The notes under the pieces are model-generated. The model did no database searches. It saw nothing but the letters and a program-made list of their open reading frames with translations, and had not been told where the DNA came from. The position numbers and the translations under genes are program-made. A stretch of DNA of 64,000 nucleotides from Candidatus Altimarinota bacterium (GTDB lineage: Bacteria; Patescibacteriota; Gracilibacteria; UBA4473): NCBI GenBank assembly GCA_965231215.1, contig OZ246423.1:448001-512000 (forward strand). Direction: 5' to 3'. Position 1 is the first letter of the stretch, and every line of letters begins with the position of its first letter. Of the stretch, positions 28,002 through 38,376 are shown in pieces.

Positions 28002-28514
28002 ATGTTCACCATTCTCACAGGCGAAAACAACAAGATACTCCGCACCCCGGCCAGAAAAGTCACGGCCTTTGACCAAAAGCTGGAGGATATTGTAGAGATG
28101 ATGGTTGAAACCATGCTCAAACCAGACGGACAAGACGTAACCGGCATTGGACTAGCGGCTAATCAAGTAGGATTACTGGAACAAATTGCCATCATTACCC
28201 TGAATGTGAATACGAATAAAAATCCCAAGATTGTAGCTATGATTAACCCCGAAATTTTAGAAGTGTCTGAGTCTAAAAGTACGTACGAAGAAGGGTGTTT
28301 AAGTCTCCCTGGATGGTATGGACGCGTTTCTCGCCCCGCTAAGGTAAAAGTACGATGGCAAAACACTAAAGGCCATTGGTGTGAAAAACGATTAGAAAAA
28401 TGGGATGCTCGAATCTTTTTACACGAATATGATCACCTCCAAGGAAAGCTCTTTACTGATTACCTCACCTCAGAAGAGTTAGATAAAATTAAGAAATCAA
28501 ACTCCACGGAGTAA
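28002..28514 (+). CDS. def: Peptide deformylase
   Basis: Motifs GIGLAANQVG, EGCLS, HEYDHLQG. Confidence 0.96.
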   Translation: MFTILTGENNKILRTPARKVTAFDQKLEDIVEMMVETMLKPDGQDVTGIGLAANQVGLLEQIAIITLNVNTNKNPKIVAMINPEILEVSESKSTYEEGCLSLPGWYGRVSRPAKVKVRWQNTKGHWCEKRLEKWDARIFLHEYDHLQGKLFTDYLTSEELDKIKKSNSTE

Positions 28515-28577
28515 TTTCATTTGTGCTTCAACCCTTTTTTTGTAGTATCTGGAAGCTTAAAAATCGAGTTAAAAAAC

Positions 28578-30413
28578 ATGAATAAAGTTGGACCTAAAAA
28601 TTTTCCAAACAAAAACAATCCGCTTAATTACTTAGTAATTATTGCCCTTTTAGGAGCAGGACTCGCTTTAATGATGCAGGGACAAGTAGAACTCGCTCTG
28701 CAAAAACCAGAAAAAGTCGCCCTCACTGAACTCCTCCAAAAGTATGAAAACAACCAATTAGAAAGCCTTGAAATCAAAGATCAAAAAATCACCGCCAAAG
28801 ACAAAGAAGGCCAAACCTTTATTACATTCAAAGAACAAAGCGCCACTATTAAAGATCTAGGATTCACTCCTCCAAAAAACGAAACCAAGATCAACATTGT
28901 TGATACTTCTGGGAACAAAATGTGGTTTAACCTCCTTCTCGGGCTCGCCCCGTTTTTGCTCTTATTTGGGATTATTTTCCTTTTTGCCAAAAGAAGTGGC
29001 GGCATGGGAGGGGACAACGGCCCCTTTGGATTTGGAAAATCCCGTGCCAAAGTCTATGACCGAACCAAGCATCGAACTAAATTTGACGATGTTGCCGGAG
29101 CCGAAGAAGCCAAAGAAGATGTATTTGAACTCGTAGATTTTCTCAAACACCCTAAAAAATATACTAAAGCCGGAGCTAAAATCCCAAAAGGAATCCTCCT
29201 CGTAGGGCCTCCTGGTACCGGAAAAACACTCTTGGCTCGAGCTATTGCTGGAGAGGCTAATGTTCCCTTCTTTTCGGTGTCTGGAGCTGAATTTGTAGAA
29301 ATGTTTGTAGGCGTCGGCGCCAGCCGGGTGCGGGACTTGTTTAAAACAGCCAAGCGAAACGCTCCAGCTATTATCTTTATTGATGAGATTGATGCGATTG
29401 GAAAACAACGTGGAGCCGGAATGTCTGGTGGGCACGATGAAAGAGAGCAAACCCTCAACCAAATTTTGACCGAAATGGATGGATTTGAACCAGATAGTTC
29501 TGTGATCGTCGTAGCCGCCACCAATAGACCAGACACGCTAGATAAAGCCCTGCTAAGACCTGGACGATTTGACCGAAGAGTTCATATTGATCTTCCAGAT
29601 ATGGAGGCGCGAGAAAAAATTCTCAAACTTCATTCCAAAAATAAAACTCTTGGAAAAGGCACTCACCTTAAATCCATAGCCTCAAAAACCGTGGGATTCT
29701 CTGGAGCTGACATTGAAAACGTAATGAATGAGAGCGCTATCATGGCCGTAAAAAATGGACGAAAATCTATCCTCCAGGAGGACATGGAGAATGCCGTTGA
29801 AAAAGTTTCACTAGGACCCGCTAGAAAATCACGCCGTATCACCAAAGAAGAAAGAGAAATTATCGCCTACCATGAAGTAGGACACGCTATTGCCGGACAT
29901 TTCACTGAAAACTGTGAACCAGTACACAAGATCTCTATTATTTCTCGTGGAGGCGCTTTGGGCGTCACTTGGTTTCTCCCCGAAGAAGACAAATATCTGA
30001 ACTCCGAAGCCAAGATGAAAGACGAAATGGTCTCGCTTCATGGGGGGAGAATTGCCGAACGCCTTATTTTTGGGCAAACGACCACCGGCGCCTCAAATGA
30101 CCTCGAAAGAATTACGGGAATCGCCCGAGCCATGGTAATGACCTATGGAATGGGAGATCAAAAAAAGATTGGCCCAGTTGTATTCCAAAAGAAAGCCCGG
30201 GGATTTGCCGGAGCTCTGAATGATGATCAAGGGGAACACAGCGATGAAATGGCTCAAAACATTGATGAGGAAGTACGAAAACTTGTACTAGAGGCAGAAA
30301 GAAGGTGTACCGATATTCTGAAAAAAAACCTCAAATTACTAAAACAAATCTCATCAGACTTACTGGAAAAAGAAAACATTTCTCGGGAAGAATTTTTGGG
30401 TTATTTGAAATAG
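28578..30413 (+). CDS. ftsH: ATP-dependent zinc metalloprotease FtsH
   Basis: Two TM helices, [29 protein letters not shown]. Confidence 0.97.
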   Translation: MNKVGPKNFPNKNNPLNYLVIIALLGAGLALMMQGQVELALQKPEKVALTELLQKYENNQLESLEIKDQKITAKDKEGQTFITFKEQSATIKDLGFTPPKNETKINIVDTSGNKMWFNLLLGLAPFLLLFGIIFLFAKRSGGMGGDNGPFGFGKSRAKVYDRTKHRTKFDDVAGAEEAKEDVFELVDFLKHPKKYTKAGAKIPKGILLVGPPGTGKTLLARAIAGEANVPFFSVSGAEFVEMFVGVGASRVRDLFKTAKRNAPAIIFIDEIDAIGKQRGAGMSGGHDEREQTLNQILTEMDGFEPDSSVIVVAATNRPDTLDKALLRPGRFDRRVHIDLPDMEAREKILKLHSKNKTLGKGTHLKSIASKTVGFSGADIENVMNESAIMAVKNGRKSILQEDMENAVEKVSLGPARKSRRITKEEREIIAYHEVGHAIAGHFTENCEPVHKISIISRGGALGVTWFLPEEDKYLNSEAKMKDEMVSLHGGRIAERLIFGQTTTGASNDLERITGIARAMVMTYGMGDQKKIGPVVFQKKARGFAGALNDDQGEHSDEMAQNIDEEVRKLVLEAERRCTDILKKNLKLLKQISSDLLEKENISREEFLGYLK

Positions 30414-30425
30414 AAGGAGTAGCCA

Positions 30426-31022
30426 ATGAATATGGAACAAAAAACTAAAAAGCGCGGAAAAATATTTTTCTTTTCCGGCCCCAGTGGGGTAGGGAAAGGT
30501 ACGCTCATCAACTACCTCAGAAAAAAACAGCGTGATTGGGTATTCCCTCCTAGCTGCACTACCCGTGATCCACGTCCCGGAGAGAAAGAGGGAGAAACCT
30601 ACTTTTTTATTAGTCAAAAAGAATTTGAAAAACGTATCGCCGATGGCGAATTCTTAGAGTACGCGCACGTACACGGAGAAACCTATTACGGAACCCTAAA
30701 AGACAAAATTCTTGCCCCAATAGAAGAAGGAAAAATCGTAATTCGTGAATTCGATGTTCAGGGATTCTCACAAGCTAGAGAAAGACTGGATCGAGAAGAT
30801 TATATTTCTATTTTCCTACGCCCAGCCGAAGACATCCAAACCTTAGTACGCAGAATCAAAGAACGCGCTCCAATTAGTGACCAAGAACTTGAAAAACGCA
30901 TCAAATCTATGGAAAAAGAGCTAGAATTAGCTGATATCTACGATTATCAAATATTCTCTGAAGACGGACAGCTTAAAAAACTTTTCAGTGACGCTGAAAG
31001 TATTATCAATCAAGAGGTCTAA
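30426..31022 (+). CDS. gmk: Guanylate kinase
   Basis: Motifs SGPSGVGKGT, TTRDPRPGE, FLEYA..YYGT, DVQG. Confidence 0.95.
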   Translation: MNMEQKTKKRGKIFFFSGPSGVGKGTLINYLRKKQRDWVFPPSCTTRDPRPGEKEGETYFFISQKEFEKRIADGEFLEYAHVHGETYYGTLKDKILAPIEEGKIVIREFDVQGFSQARERLDREDYISIFLRPAEDIQTLVRRIKERAPISDQELEKRIKSMEKELELADIYDYQIFSEDGQLKKLFSDAESIINQEV

Positions 31023-31102
31023 AATGGTAATAATACAGACGATTTTCCTAATGTCGTGTTAATCATTTTCTCTCATTTCTGCGTCATATATTCATTAATG
31101 AA

Positions 31103-32086
31103 TCAGGATCGAAACCACATTCTATTGGCATTTTCATAAGCCATTAAACGAGCTGTTTCCTTGTCCACAAGCTTAAAAAGGGAATTGTAACGAGCCATAG
31201 ATCTAGACAAATCATCATAATGCCCCAATAAATCACTCCCAACAAAGAATCGATCTGGGAATTTATCAAACAATTCTACCCACCGCTTTCTGGGAAGCCC
31301 TTCTTCATCACAAATAAGATCATCATATACGACCCATGAAATATCCATGTAGAGCTGAGAATATTTTTCTAATAAGTTTTCAAGCATGCCCGTGTAGTGA
31401 GTCAAATTAGTTCTACGCGAAGCCCCACAATGAGCCCAAACAAAGGTCACTTTAGGAAAGTTATCCAAAACTTCTGTGAGTTCATCAATATATAAATGAC
31501 TGGTATCTTCTTCCCATTCTGAGGTAGAATTTTGGTGTACCATAACGGGTAATTTTCGAGCCTGACAGAGTTCATAAACAGCAAACATAGCTTCATGGTT
31601 TGGCCTGGAAACCTCACCCAAAGTAAGGTTTGTAAGATCATCATGTCGAAACAGAATTTCCCCAAGCCCTTTCCAAATGGGATGTTTATCAAGCAAATAT
31701 TCTACATGTCTAACCGCATTTAAATCCGTAGGATTAAACCCGCAAATCAGAGGCGCTAAACGTTTTTGTTTTTCCTGAGAAAGCCCTGCATACAGATCAG
31801 CCACCATTTCATCAGTCATTGAAAAATAATAACACTTAGAATTGTCCGACAGATAATAAGCCGGCTCATTATCTTGGTAATCAGCCCATTTTTTGACAAC
31901 CGGCATTCCAAAAATGACAGATTTAGCAATATTAGCCCCATCCATTTGAGTTATAAGTTGCTCAAAAGATTCATGTTTCTGCAAAAAATCCACTACATGC
32001 AAATGAGCATCAATAGTTGGAACTGAGGTTTTGGTTTTTAGAAGTTTGTGAACCCGGTTATAAAAATTTTCTCGAGAATATCGCAT
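31103..32086 (-). CDS. Amidohydrolase_2 family protein
   Basis: Motifs IDAHLH, GLGE, VWAHCG, DISW, PDRFFVGSD. Confidence 0.88.
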   Translation of the reverse strand: MRYSRENFYNRVHKLLKTKTSVPTIDAHLHVVDFLQKHESFEQLITQMDGANIAKSVIFGMPVVKKWADYQDNEPAYYLSDNSKCYYFSMTDEMVADLYAGLSQEKQKRLAPLICGFNPTDLNAVRHVEYLLDKHPIWKGLGEILFRHDDLTNLTLGEVSRPNHEAMFAVYELCQARKLPVMVHQNSTSEWEEDTSHLYIDELTEVLDNFPKVTFVWAHCGASRRTNLTHYTGMLENLLEKYSQLYMDISWVVYDDLICDEEGLPRKRWVELFDKFPDRFFVGSDLLGHYDDLSRSMARYNSLFKLVDKETARLMAYENANRMWFRS

Positions 32087-32149
32087 AAAAACAGGTTAGA
32101 TTTCGGTAAAAATTCTAGCAAAACCTTGATCTCTGAGCGATCAAAATTG

Positions 32150-33673
32150 TCAGTTTTCCAACTTTGAGCGATACTGAATAGCTTCTGCCATATGTGGTGT
32201 TTGAATATGTGTTTGATGCTCCAGGTCAGCAATGGTTCGAGCAATCTTTAAAAGCCGAAAATAAGACCTCCCACTCAAATTCATCTTCTCTACCACCGTC
32301 TTCAAAAGAGATTCAGCTTCGGATGGAAGCGCACAATATTCACGCACCAAACTACTACTCATCTCTGAATTGCAAGCAATATTACGCCCCTTAAAGCGTT
32401 CAAGCTGAATATCTCGAGCCTTTTGGACTCGGTTTCGGATTATTTCTGAACTCTCCCCTTCCTCTAGATGAGCTAGTTTTTCTACGGCCACTCGAGGAAC
32501 CTCAATATGTAAATCTATCCGATCTAAAATAGGCCCAGAAATTTTTTGCCGATATCGCTGAACGAGCCCTGGGCTATCGGTGCACTCTTTATGTGGATCC
32601 CCATAAAACCCACAGGGACACGGATTCATAGCGGCCACTAAACTAAATTGAGCCGGATACATAATGCTTCCTGCCGCTCTAGAAATTCTGATATTCCCAT
32701 CCTCCAGAGGCTGTCTTAAAACCTCTAACGTTTTAGCCGAAAACTCGGCAAATTCATCTAGGAAAAGCACCCCTCTATGTGCTAAGGAAATCTCTCCAGG
32801 ACTTGGAGGGTTCCCGCCCCCCACTATAGCTACCCCAGAAGCTGTATGATGAACAGATCTAAAAGGGCGTTCCCTCAATACCGGATTATCGCTCCCTGTT
32901 AAACCAGCTATAGAATGAATTTTAGTAATCTCTAAACTTTCATCAAAAGTCAGATCAGGCAGAATCGTACTAAACGCCTTAGAAAGCATCGTTTTCCCTG
33001 AACCAGGCGGCCCAATCATTAAAATATTATGGCCTCCAGCCGCGGCTATTTCTAAAGCTCTTTTGGCCTGTTCATTCCCCTTAACAAAGCGAAAGTCAGC
33101 CTCATTTGATTTAGGTTTTTCAGCCAAAAAATCGGTAAAAGGAAAAACTTCAACCCCTTCCCCTGTGGTAAAAAAATCAACAATATGTCTCAAGCTCTGT
33201 ATCCCAAAAATTTCCATTCCCTCTACTAAACTGGCTTCTTCAGCATTGGTTTCTGGTACAAAAATGTGAGTAAATCCTAACTTTTTAGCTTCTACTGTAG
33301 CTGGCAAAACTCCTGAAATAGATCGCAACTCACCACTAAAACTTAGCTCTCCTAAAAAAATAGCCTTCTGAAACTTTTCTGGAATCTGCACCTGGCCATG
33401 TTGATTGAGGATAGACAAAGCTATAGCTAGATCAAAACTTGGGCCATTTTTCTTTAAATCAGCAGGCGCCAAATTAATGGCAATTTTCCCTCGAGGAAAC
33501 TCCAATCCACTCTGTTTTAGAGCACTTCGCACTCGTTCACGGGATTCCTGGATAGAAGTATCGGCCAATCCTACAACGGTAAAAGAAGGAATCCCTCGAT
33601 GAATATCACACTCTACTTCTACTATTTCCCCTTCTAATCCTACAAGCCCTAAACTATACAATCGTGACCACAT
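32150..33673 (-). CDS. comM: YifB/ComM Mg-chelatase-like AAA+ ATPase
   Basis: Motifs INLAPADLKK, GPPGSGKTML, PGEISLAHRGVLFLDE, AMNPCPCG. Confidence 0.95.
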   Translation of the reverse strand: MWSRLYSLGLVGLEGEIVEVECDIHRGIPSFTVVGLADTSIQESRERVRSALKQSGLEFPRGKIAINLAPADLKKNGPSFDLAIALSILNQHGQVQIPEKFQKAIFLGELSFSGELRSISGVLPATVEAKKLGFTHIFVPETNAEEASLVEGMEIFGIQSLRHIVDFFTTGEGVEVFPFTDFLAEKPKSNEADFRFVKGNEQAKRALEIAAAGGHNILMIGPPGSGKTMLSKAFSTILPDLTFDESLEITKIHSIAGLTGSDNPVLRERPFRSVHHTASGVAIVGGGNPPSPGEISLAHRGVLFLDEFAEFSAKTLEVLRQPLEDGNIRISRAAGSIMYPAQFSLVAAMNPCPCGFYGDPHKECTDSPGLVQRYRQKISGPILDRIDLHIEVPRVAVEKLAHLEEGESSEIIRNRVQKARDIQLERFKGRNIACNSEMSSSLVREYCALPSEAESLLKTVVEKMNLSGRSYFRLLKIARTIADLEHQTHIQTPHMAEAIQYRSKLEN

Positions 33674-33808
33674 AGTTGTGATTATTTTTATAGATAAAAA
33701 CTTAGCAATGCAGGCGCCTTATAAAAACTTCATTTTCATAGAATAAAAAAGTTGAAAAAAACGCCTTTTCAAGGTATAATTTGGAGAAATAAACAAATAC
33801 AAAAAAGC

Positions 33809-34579
33809 ATGCTTTTGTTTCACACAGACAATTTACCGCATCATGGGCTAGAGCGTATCTTTGATTTCGCCGCTCAAACAGGATACGACGGAATAGAGAT
33901 AGGCGTTGGAGTTAACTACGACACCCATGATCCAGAGTACCTAAAGTCTTTAGAGAAAAGATATAAAATTCCAATCAAAGCTTTTTCTATGAATATCAAA
34001 AAAGAAGAAGTCCTGATTAAAAAATACCAAAACACCGTAAAAGAGTTCCATGAGGTAACTATGAATCTGCATCCCCCGCAAAACCTTTCTTTTAAGTATA
34101 AAAAATGGCTCAAAGAAATTGCTCCGAAACTTGCTAAAAAATACGGCCTAAGACTGTGTTATAGAAATGTGCCATTTGAGTCACTGATGGGCGTTTTTCC
34201 CAAAAGAAGCGATAATACTATGAGCACTCTTAAATCTAAAGGTTTTGTCTGTACAGATCTCACCGCTTTGGCCAAATCAAACGAAGATATTATGAAATCA
34301 ATAGAGGTTTTAGGCGGTCATCTAAAACATGTATACCTTTCTAACGTATATCGAAATTCTTCATACTCTATGCCTGACAGAGGCGTTCTTCCACTAGAAA
34401 GTTACCTTACTAAACTCGCCAAAATTGATTATAGAGGTCATTTTACGCTGTATGTTAAAGGGCGAGACCTCCAGGAAGGAAAAGACGAAGTCACGTTAGA
34501 GAAAATGAAACAAGCGCGTGAATTTTTTGATAAATACTATGTAGCCGTAAGAGAAGCGGCTGAAAACGAAAAAAAATAA
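33809..34579 (+). CDS. Sugar-phosphate isomerase/AP-endonuclease-2 TIM-barrel-like protein (degenerate)
   Basis: Motifs AAQTGYDGIEI, LKHVYLSN, PDRGVLPL..LAKIDYRG. Confidence 0.7.
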   Translation: MLLFHTDNLPHHGLERIFDFAAQTGYDGIEIGVGVNYDTHDPEYLKSLEKRYKIPIKAFSMNIKKEEVLIKKYQNTVKEFHEVTMNLHPPQNLSFKYKKWLKEIAPKLAKKYGLRLCYRNVPFESLMGVFPKRSDNTMSTLKSKGFVCTDLTALAKSNEDIMKSIEVLGGHLKHVYLSNVYRNSSYSMPDRGVLPLESYLTKLAKIDYRGHFTLYVKGRDLQEGKDEVTLEKMKQAREFFDKYYVAVREAAENEKK

Positions 34580-34621
34580 TGACTCCCTTTACAAGAGCCT
34601 TAATTTTTTGATTATAGGGAA

Positions 34622-35206
34622 GTGAAATTTATTTGTAATACCAGCTTTAACCCTCATTTTTGTGCTCTTTTTTCAGCAAAAGAGGCATTGGTAGATGCTC
34701 TATTTTGGGAGAGGCCCAAAGAAGACTCACAAAAGATTTGGGATTTTTGTCATAGGCATAAAATTCGTGATTTAGATATCAATTTTTTAGGAGCGGTCTC
34801 TGGCCCTGGTAGTTTTTCAAGCCTGAGAGCCAGTAGCGTTATCATGCAGAGTTTAAGTTTTTATTTTAAATGTGACATTCACCAAATAAGAGCTGACAAA
34901 GTCATTCATGAATTTTTAAACACTATCCCAAAATCTCCCAAATTATTCCTATTGAATTCTTTTAGTAGTGGTGTTTTCCTTCCTGAAGGGGATCTGCTCA
35001 AAAAATATGACATTATTCAAGCCTCTGAATTAATAGGGGATACTGCCTGTTTTACGGGACTGCTTCCGACAGAAAAAGCTAAACATATAAAAAATAAGGT
35101 TGAATATGAACTCAACCGTATAGAAAATGTAACCCTAAAAACCCTCAACCAAACCAAATCTTCAAAAGTCTTTGTCCCAGATTATGAATATCCACCAGTT
35201 CAGTAA
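34622..35206 (+). CDS. tsaB: TsaB-like t6A biosynthesis protein (divergent)
   Basis: GPGSFSSLR resembles the canonical GPGSFTGLR. Confidence 0.65.
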   Translation: MKFICNTSFNPHFCALFSAKEALVDALFWERPKEDSQKIWDFCHRHKIRDLDINFLGAVSGPGSFSSLRASSVIMQSLSFYFKCDIHQIRADKVIHEFLNTIPKSPKLFLLNSFSSGVFLPEGDLLKKYDIIQASELIGDTACFTGLLPTEKAKHIKNKVEYELNRIENVTLKTLNQTKSSKVFVPDYEYPPVQ

Positions 35207-35230
35207 ATGACTTTCCTCATGGAGTTTTTT

Positions 35231-35791
35231 TTAACTATGACTCAGAAAGTATTTCACTAAATCCTCAGTACTACTATTTTCTGGGGCTTCTTTAAGGACA
35301 AGCCCAATATGAGCTTTATCGTATCCAAGATTTTGTAACGCTTCTTCGGCTTCAGTCTGCGCTGGGTTTCCCTTGTTTCCACCAGAACTACTAAGATCTA
35401 ATTTTCCTTGAAGCTCTACAATAATTTTTTGGGCCATTTTTTTACCAATTCCAGGAGTCTGAGCAATAAAATCTGCGTCTCCTCTTTCTACTGCGGCTTG
35501 AAATGAATCTATAGGCTGGCTCAAAATTTGGAGCGCTATTTTTGGCCCCACTCCAGAAATGCCAATAAGTTTTTCAAAAAGCGCTTTTTCCTCTAGTCCA
35601 GAAAACCCATAAAGGGATATTTCTTGTTCCCGTACAATGGTATGAATAAAAATCTCTAAAGGTTTTCCTACCCCAGCCAAAGCTAAAACATTCCCCGTAG
35701 GAAAAACCTCATATCCAACACCTCCACTGGTTAAAATAAGAATCGTTTTTTCTTGTACCTTTAAAATATTACCGCTAAGAAAGCCTATCAT
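35231..35791 (-). CDS. ruvA: Holliday junction branch migration protein RuvA
   Basis: Motifs GVGYEV, LYGF, ISGVGPK, PGIGKKMAQKIIVEL, ALQNLGY. Confidence 0.96.
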   Translation of the reverse strand: MIGFLSGNILKVQEKTILILTSGGVGYEVFPTGNVLALAGVGKPLEIFIHTIVREQEISLYGFSGLEEKALFEKLIGISGVGPKIALQILSQPIDSFQAAVERGDADFIAQTPGIGKKMAQKIIVELQGKLDLSSSGGNKGNPAQTEAEEALQNLGYDKAHIGLVLKEAPENSSTEDLVKYFLSHS

Positions 35792-35848
35792 TGCCTGAAG
35801 TATAAACTAAAAAATACCTTTCCCACAATAAAGCAAAGATATTTTACC

Positions 35849-36165
35849 GCTACAGGGATTCTCCTTACTCGCCTGCGGCTCACCGAAGCCTCCAGCTCAA
35901 AATCAAAGATTTTGGCTTTCGGTCGAACCCTTATTGGGTTCTCATCTGGTTCATAAAAAATATCGCCACCCTTATCCGGGTGTCAATATTTTTTGGTGGA
36001 GCTACAGGGATTCTCCTTACTCGCCTGCGGCTCACCGAAGCCTCCAGCTCAAAATCAAAGATTTTGGCTTTCGGTCGAACCCTTATTGGGTTCTCATCTG
36101 GTTCATAAAAAATATCGCCACCCTTATCCGGGTGTCAATATTTTTTGGTGGAGCTACAGGGATTC
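35849..36165 (-). repeat. Two identical 152-bp tandem repeats containing the tRNA-Ala 3' end
   Basis: GCTACAGGGATTC recurs at 35849, 36001 and 36153. The two units are identical by eye. Confidence 0.92.
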
Positions 36166-36222
36166 GAACCCTGGACCTCACCCATGCCATGGGCGCGCTC
36201 TAGCCAGCTGAGCTATAGCCCC
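36146..36222 (-). tRNA. tRNA-Ala (GGC)
   Basis: Reverse complement GGGGCTATAGCTCAGCTGGCTAGAGCGCGCCCATGGCATGGGTGAGGTCCAGGGTTCGAATCCCTGTAGCTCCACCA, with G3:U70 and encoded CCA. Confidence 0.96.
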
Positions 36223-36277
36223 ATCAAGAGCCAAAAGATTCTAGAAAGAAAAACGCTTTTGGCAAATTAAAAATATA

Positions 36278-38371
36278 CTACGCCTTATACCGCTCTAGCG
36301 GAGCTCTAATCTCAAAAGTAGTGCCTTTACCTATTTCACTTTTAAGCACCTTTATATCACCCCCATGAGCTCTTATAATACCTCGGGCAATCGTAAGGCC
36401 TAACCCAAACCCGGCTTCTTTTCGGCTTCGACTTTCAGAAATAACAAACATCAAATCAAAGATTTTATCCCAGTATTCTTCTACAATTCCAATTCCGTTA
36501 TCAGTGTAATGCACCACAACATCATCCCCCTCTTCAAAGGCCCGGACGGTTATCTTAAATTTTTTAGCATCACTAAAAAAGAGCGCATTTTTACCAAGCT
36601 CTACAAACACTCGCTTCATCTGAGGCATGTCAAAATAAAAAAGATCTTTTTCTAAACCAGAACTTTCCCATTTAAAATCCATAATCTCAAACCAATTAGG
36701 ATTCTGTTTGACCATGTCCTGACGAATAAACTCACGTAAATTTTCTAAATTACCAATCGTTTTCTGAACCGCCGCTGTCTCTTGTGACCAATAGAAAGCT
36801 TCTGTTATTCGCTCAAGATTTTGGCTTAAATCCTGTAGAGAACGTTCTGATTCTTTTAAAAATACTTGATCTTCAGGCTTCAGTTTAGCCCAGTCAATAA
36901 CCTCTGTAATATTCCGTGCCATCATTAATGGATGGCGAATTTCATGCATCAAATCTTTAATAAATTCTTTTTCTACAGCTTCATAATTTTGAAGCTTTTG
37001 AAGGACATCCCCATAATCGCGCTCTTTGGTAATATAAATATTAGCCTCTTCCAAAAGCTTTGTAGTGGCGGCAATTTCTTGTGAAGAAAAAAGACTTCCA
37101 TCTACTTTTTTTTCTAAAAGCAAAAAGCCTAAAAGTTTCTTTTCACCATCTAAAACTGGCATAACCACAGAAATCATCATATTGTCTAATGTTTCTCCGA
37201 TAGATTCTAAGTTTTGGTTCTCTCCAAACCGTTCTAATTGAAAATCTAACTCATCCTTCACTAATAAACTGTGAGGATTTTTTTCAAAAAAATGTTTTAA
37301 TGAACTTAAATATTTAGAAAGCAGCGGATCATTCACAAAACAAAATCGCGCTTTTTTGACCTCTAATGCTTGAGACAGATTTTGGATCCCAGATTCCGTA
37401 GAGGTTCTAAATCCCTCAATACTTTTGGCGATGTCCTGAATGGGATTCGTTGATTTGTTGTAAAAAAGATAATTCCAAAACTGAGTAAACACAGGCAAAG
37501 TTTTGTCCCAAAAGAGCACCAGCAATATAGCAATCCCCGCAATAAACACCCCAGCTGCCTGCGTAGTAATCTTCCCAGCCGTTAAAGCGTCTAGCACGGC
37601 AATTATAGGGAAAACATAGACTAAGCTATTAGTGATATAAATAAGGTATTTTTCAAAAGTTACCTGGATATCTAAAAACCTAAGCCGTGTTGTGGCATAA
37701 ATGAAAACCAAAACATTAAATATAAAAAATAATGGAGCAATAGCATCTAGATATACAAAATCAAAATACACTGGCAATATCCAGTTGGTAATCAGCGCAC
37801 TAATATTTGAAAAAGCCGCTACTAAAAACAAATACCTAAACTGAGTTCGTACAATAGGATTAGTAGCACGCTTCATTCTCGTAAAAAGCGTAACGAGGGT
37901 GGCCAAAATGAGGATAAATACAAAAAGTCCGTAATAAGTCACATTTTGAGTTCTATCAACCAAGGCATTACCGGCCTGTGTAAATTCAACTCCCTTAAAA
38001 AACATATCAGGCCATAAAGTAATGCCAACCAGGATCAAAAAACCAACAAAGCAGAATTTATCTATATTATTAAGCTTTTGTTTGGGCCTTAAATATATAC
38101 GAGAAAAGAAAAACTCTGAAAATAAATAAGCCAAAGCCGCAACATAGGCTATTTGCAAAGAAACATACCCCGCACTTTCAAAGGCAAAATAAGTCTCTAC
38201 CGGAAGGTGTAATTGATAAAAAATAGACCCAGAATAAACCAGTATAGCACATAAATAGAATAGAAAAGCATAGAAGGTTCTATGGGCCAAATGTGTTCTT
38301 TGGGTGAACAGAAAAGCCATAACGCCTAATACCAAAATGAGGTTAATAGCAAAACAAAACCCTAGCATCAT
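36278..38371 (-). CDS. Sensor histidine kinase with a multi-TM (HisKA_7TM-like) N-terminus and GAF-like linker
   Basis: H-box MHEIRHPL, N-box ELGKNALFFS, DNGIGI, GFGLGLTI, GKGTTF. Confidence 0.9.
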   Translation of the reverse strand: MMLGFCFAINLILVLGVMAFLFTQRTHLAHRTFYAFLFYLCAILVYSGSIFYQLHLPVETYFAFESAGYVSLQIAYVAALAYLFSEFFFSRIYLRPKQKLNNIDKFCFVGFLILVGITLWPDMFFKGVEFTQAGNALVDRTQNVTYYGLFVFILILATLVTLFTRMKRATNPIVRTQFRYLFLVAAFSNISALITNWILPVYFDFVYLDAIAPLFFIFNVLVFIYATTRLRFLDIQVTFEKYLIYITNSLVYVFPIIAVLDALTAGKITTQAAGVFIAGIAILLVLFWDKTLPVFTQFWNYLFYNKSTNPIQDIAKSIEGFRTSTESGIQNLSQALEVKKARFCFVNDPLLSKYLSSLKHFFEKNPHSLLVKDELDFQLERFGENQNLESIGETLDNMMISVVMPVLDGEKKLLGFLLLEKKVDGSLFSSQEIAATTKLLEEANIYITKERDYGDVLQKLQNYEAVEKEFIKDLMHEIRHPLMMARNITEVIDWAKLKPEDQVFLKESERSLQDLSQNLERITEAFYWSQETAAVQKTIGNLENLREFIRQDMVKQNPNWFEIMDFKWESSGLEKDLFYFDMPQMKRVFVELGKNALFFSDAKKFKITVRAFEEGDDVVVHYTDNGIGIVEEYWDKIFDLMFVISESRSRKEAGFGLGLTIARGIIRAHGGDIKVLKSEIGKGTTFEIRAPLERYKA

Positions 38372-38376
38372 GGCAC

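Noticed and set aside
28781-30077. Multiple antisense ORFs over ftsH (and similar ones over prfA, ychF, comM and the PKD genes)
   Set aside because: These are shadow ORFs opposite well-conserved genes, with no recognisable motifs.
35849-36165. CRISPR array or integrated island at tRNA-Ala
   Set aside because: The units are identical 152-bp repeats with no unique spacers, and there are no cas or integrase genes nearby.
35934-36211. ORFs 35934..36203 and 35993..36211
   Set aside because: They are translations of the tandem repeat and the antisense tRNA.
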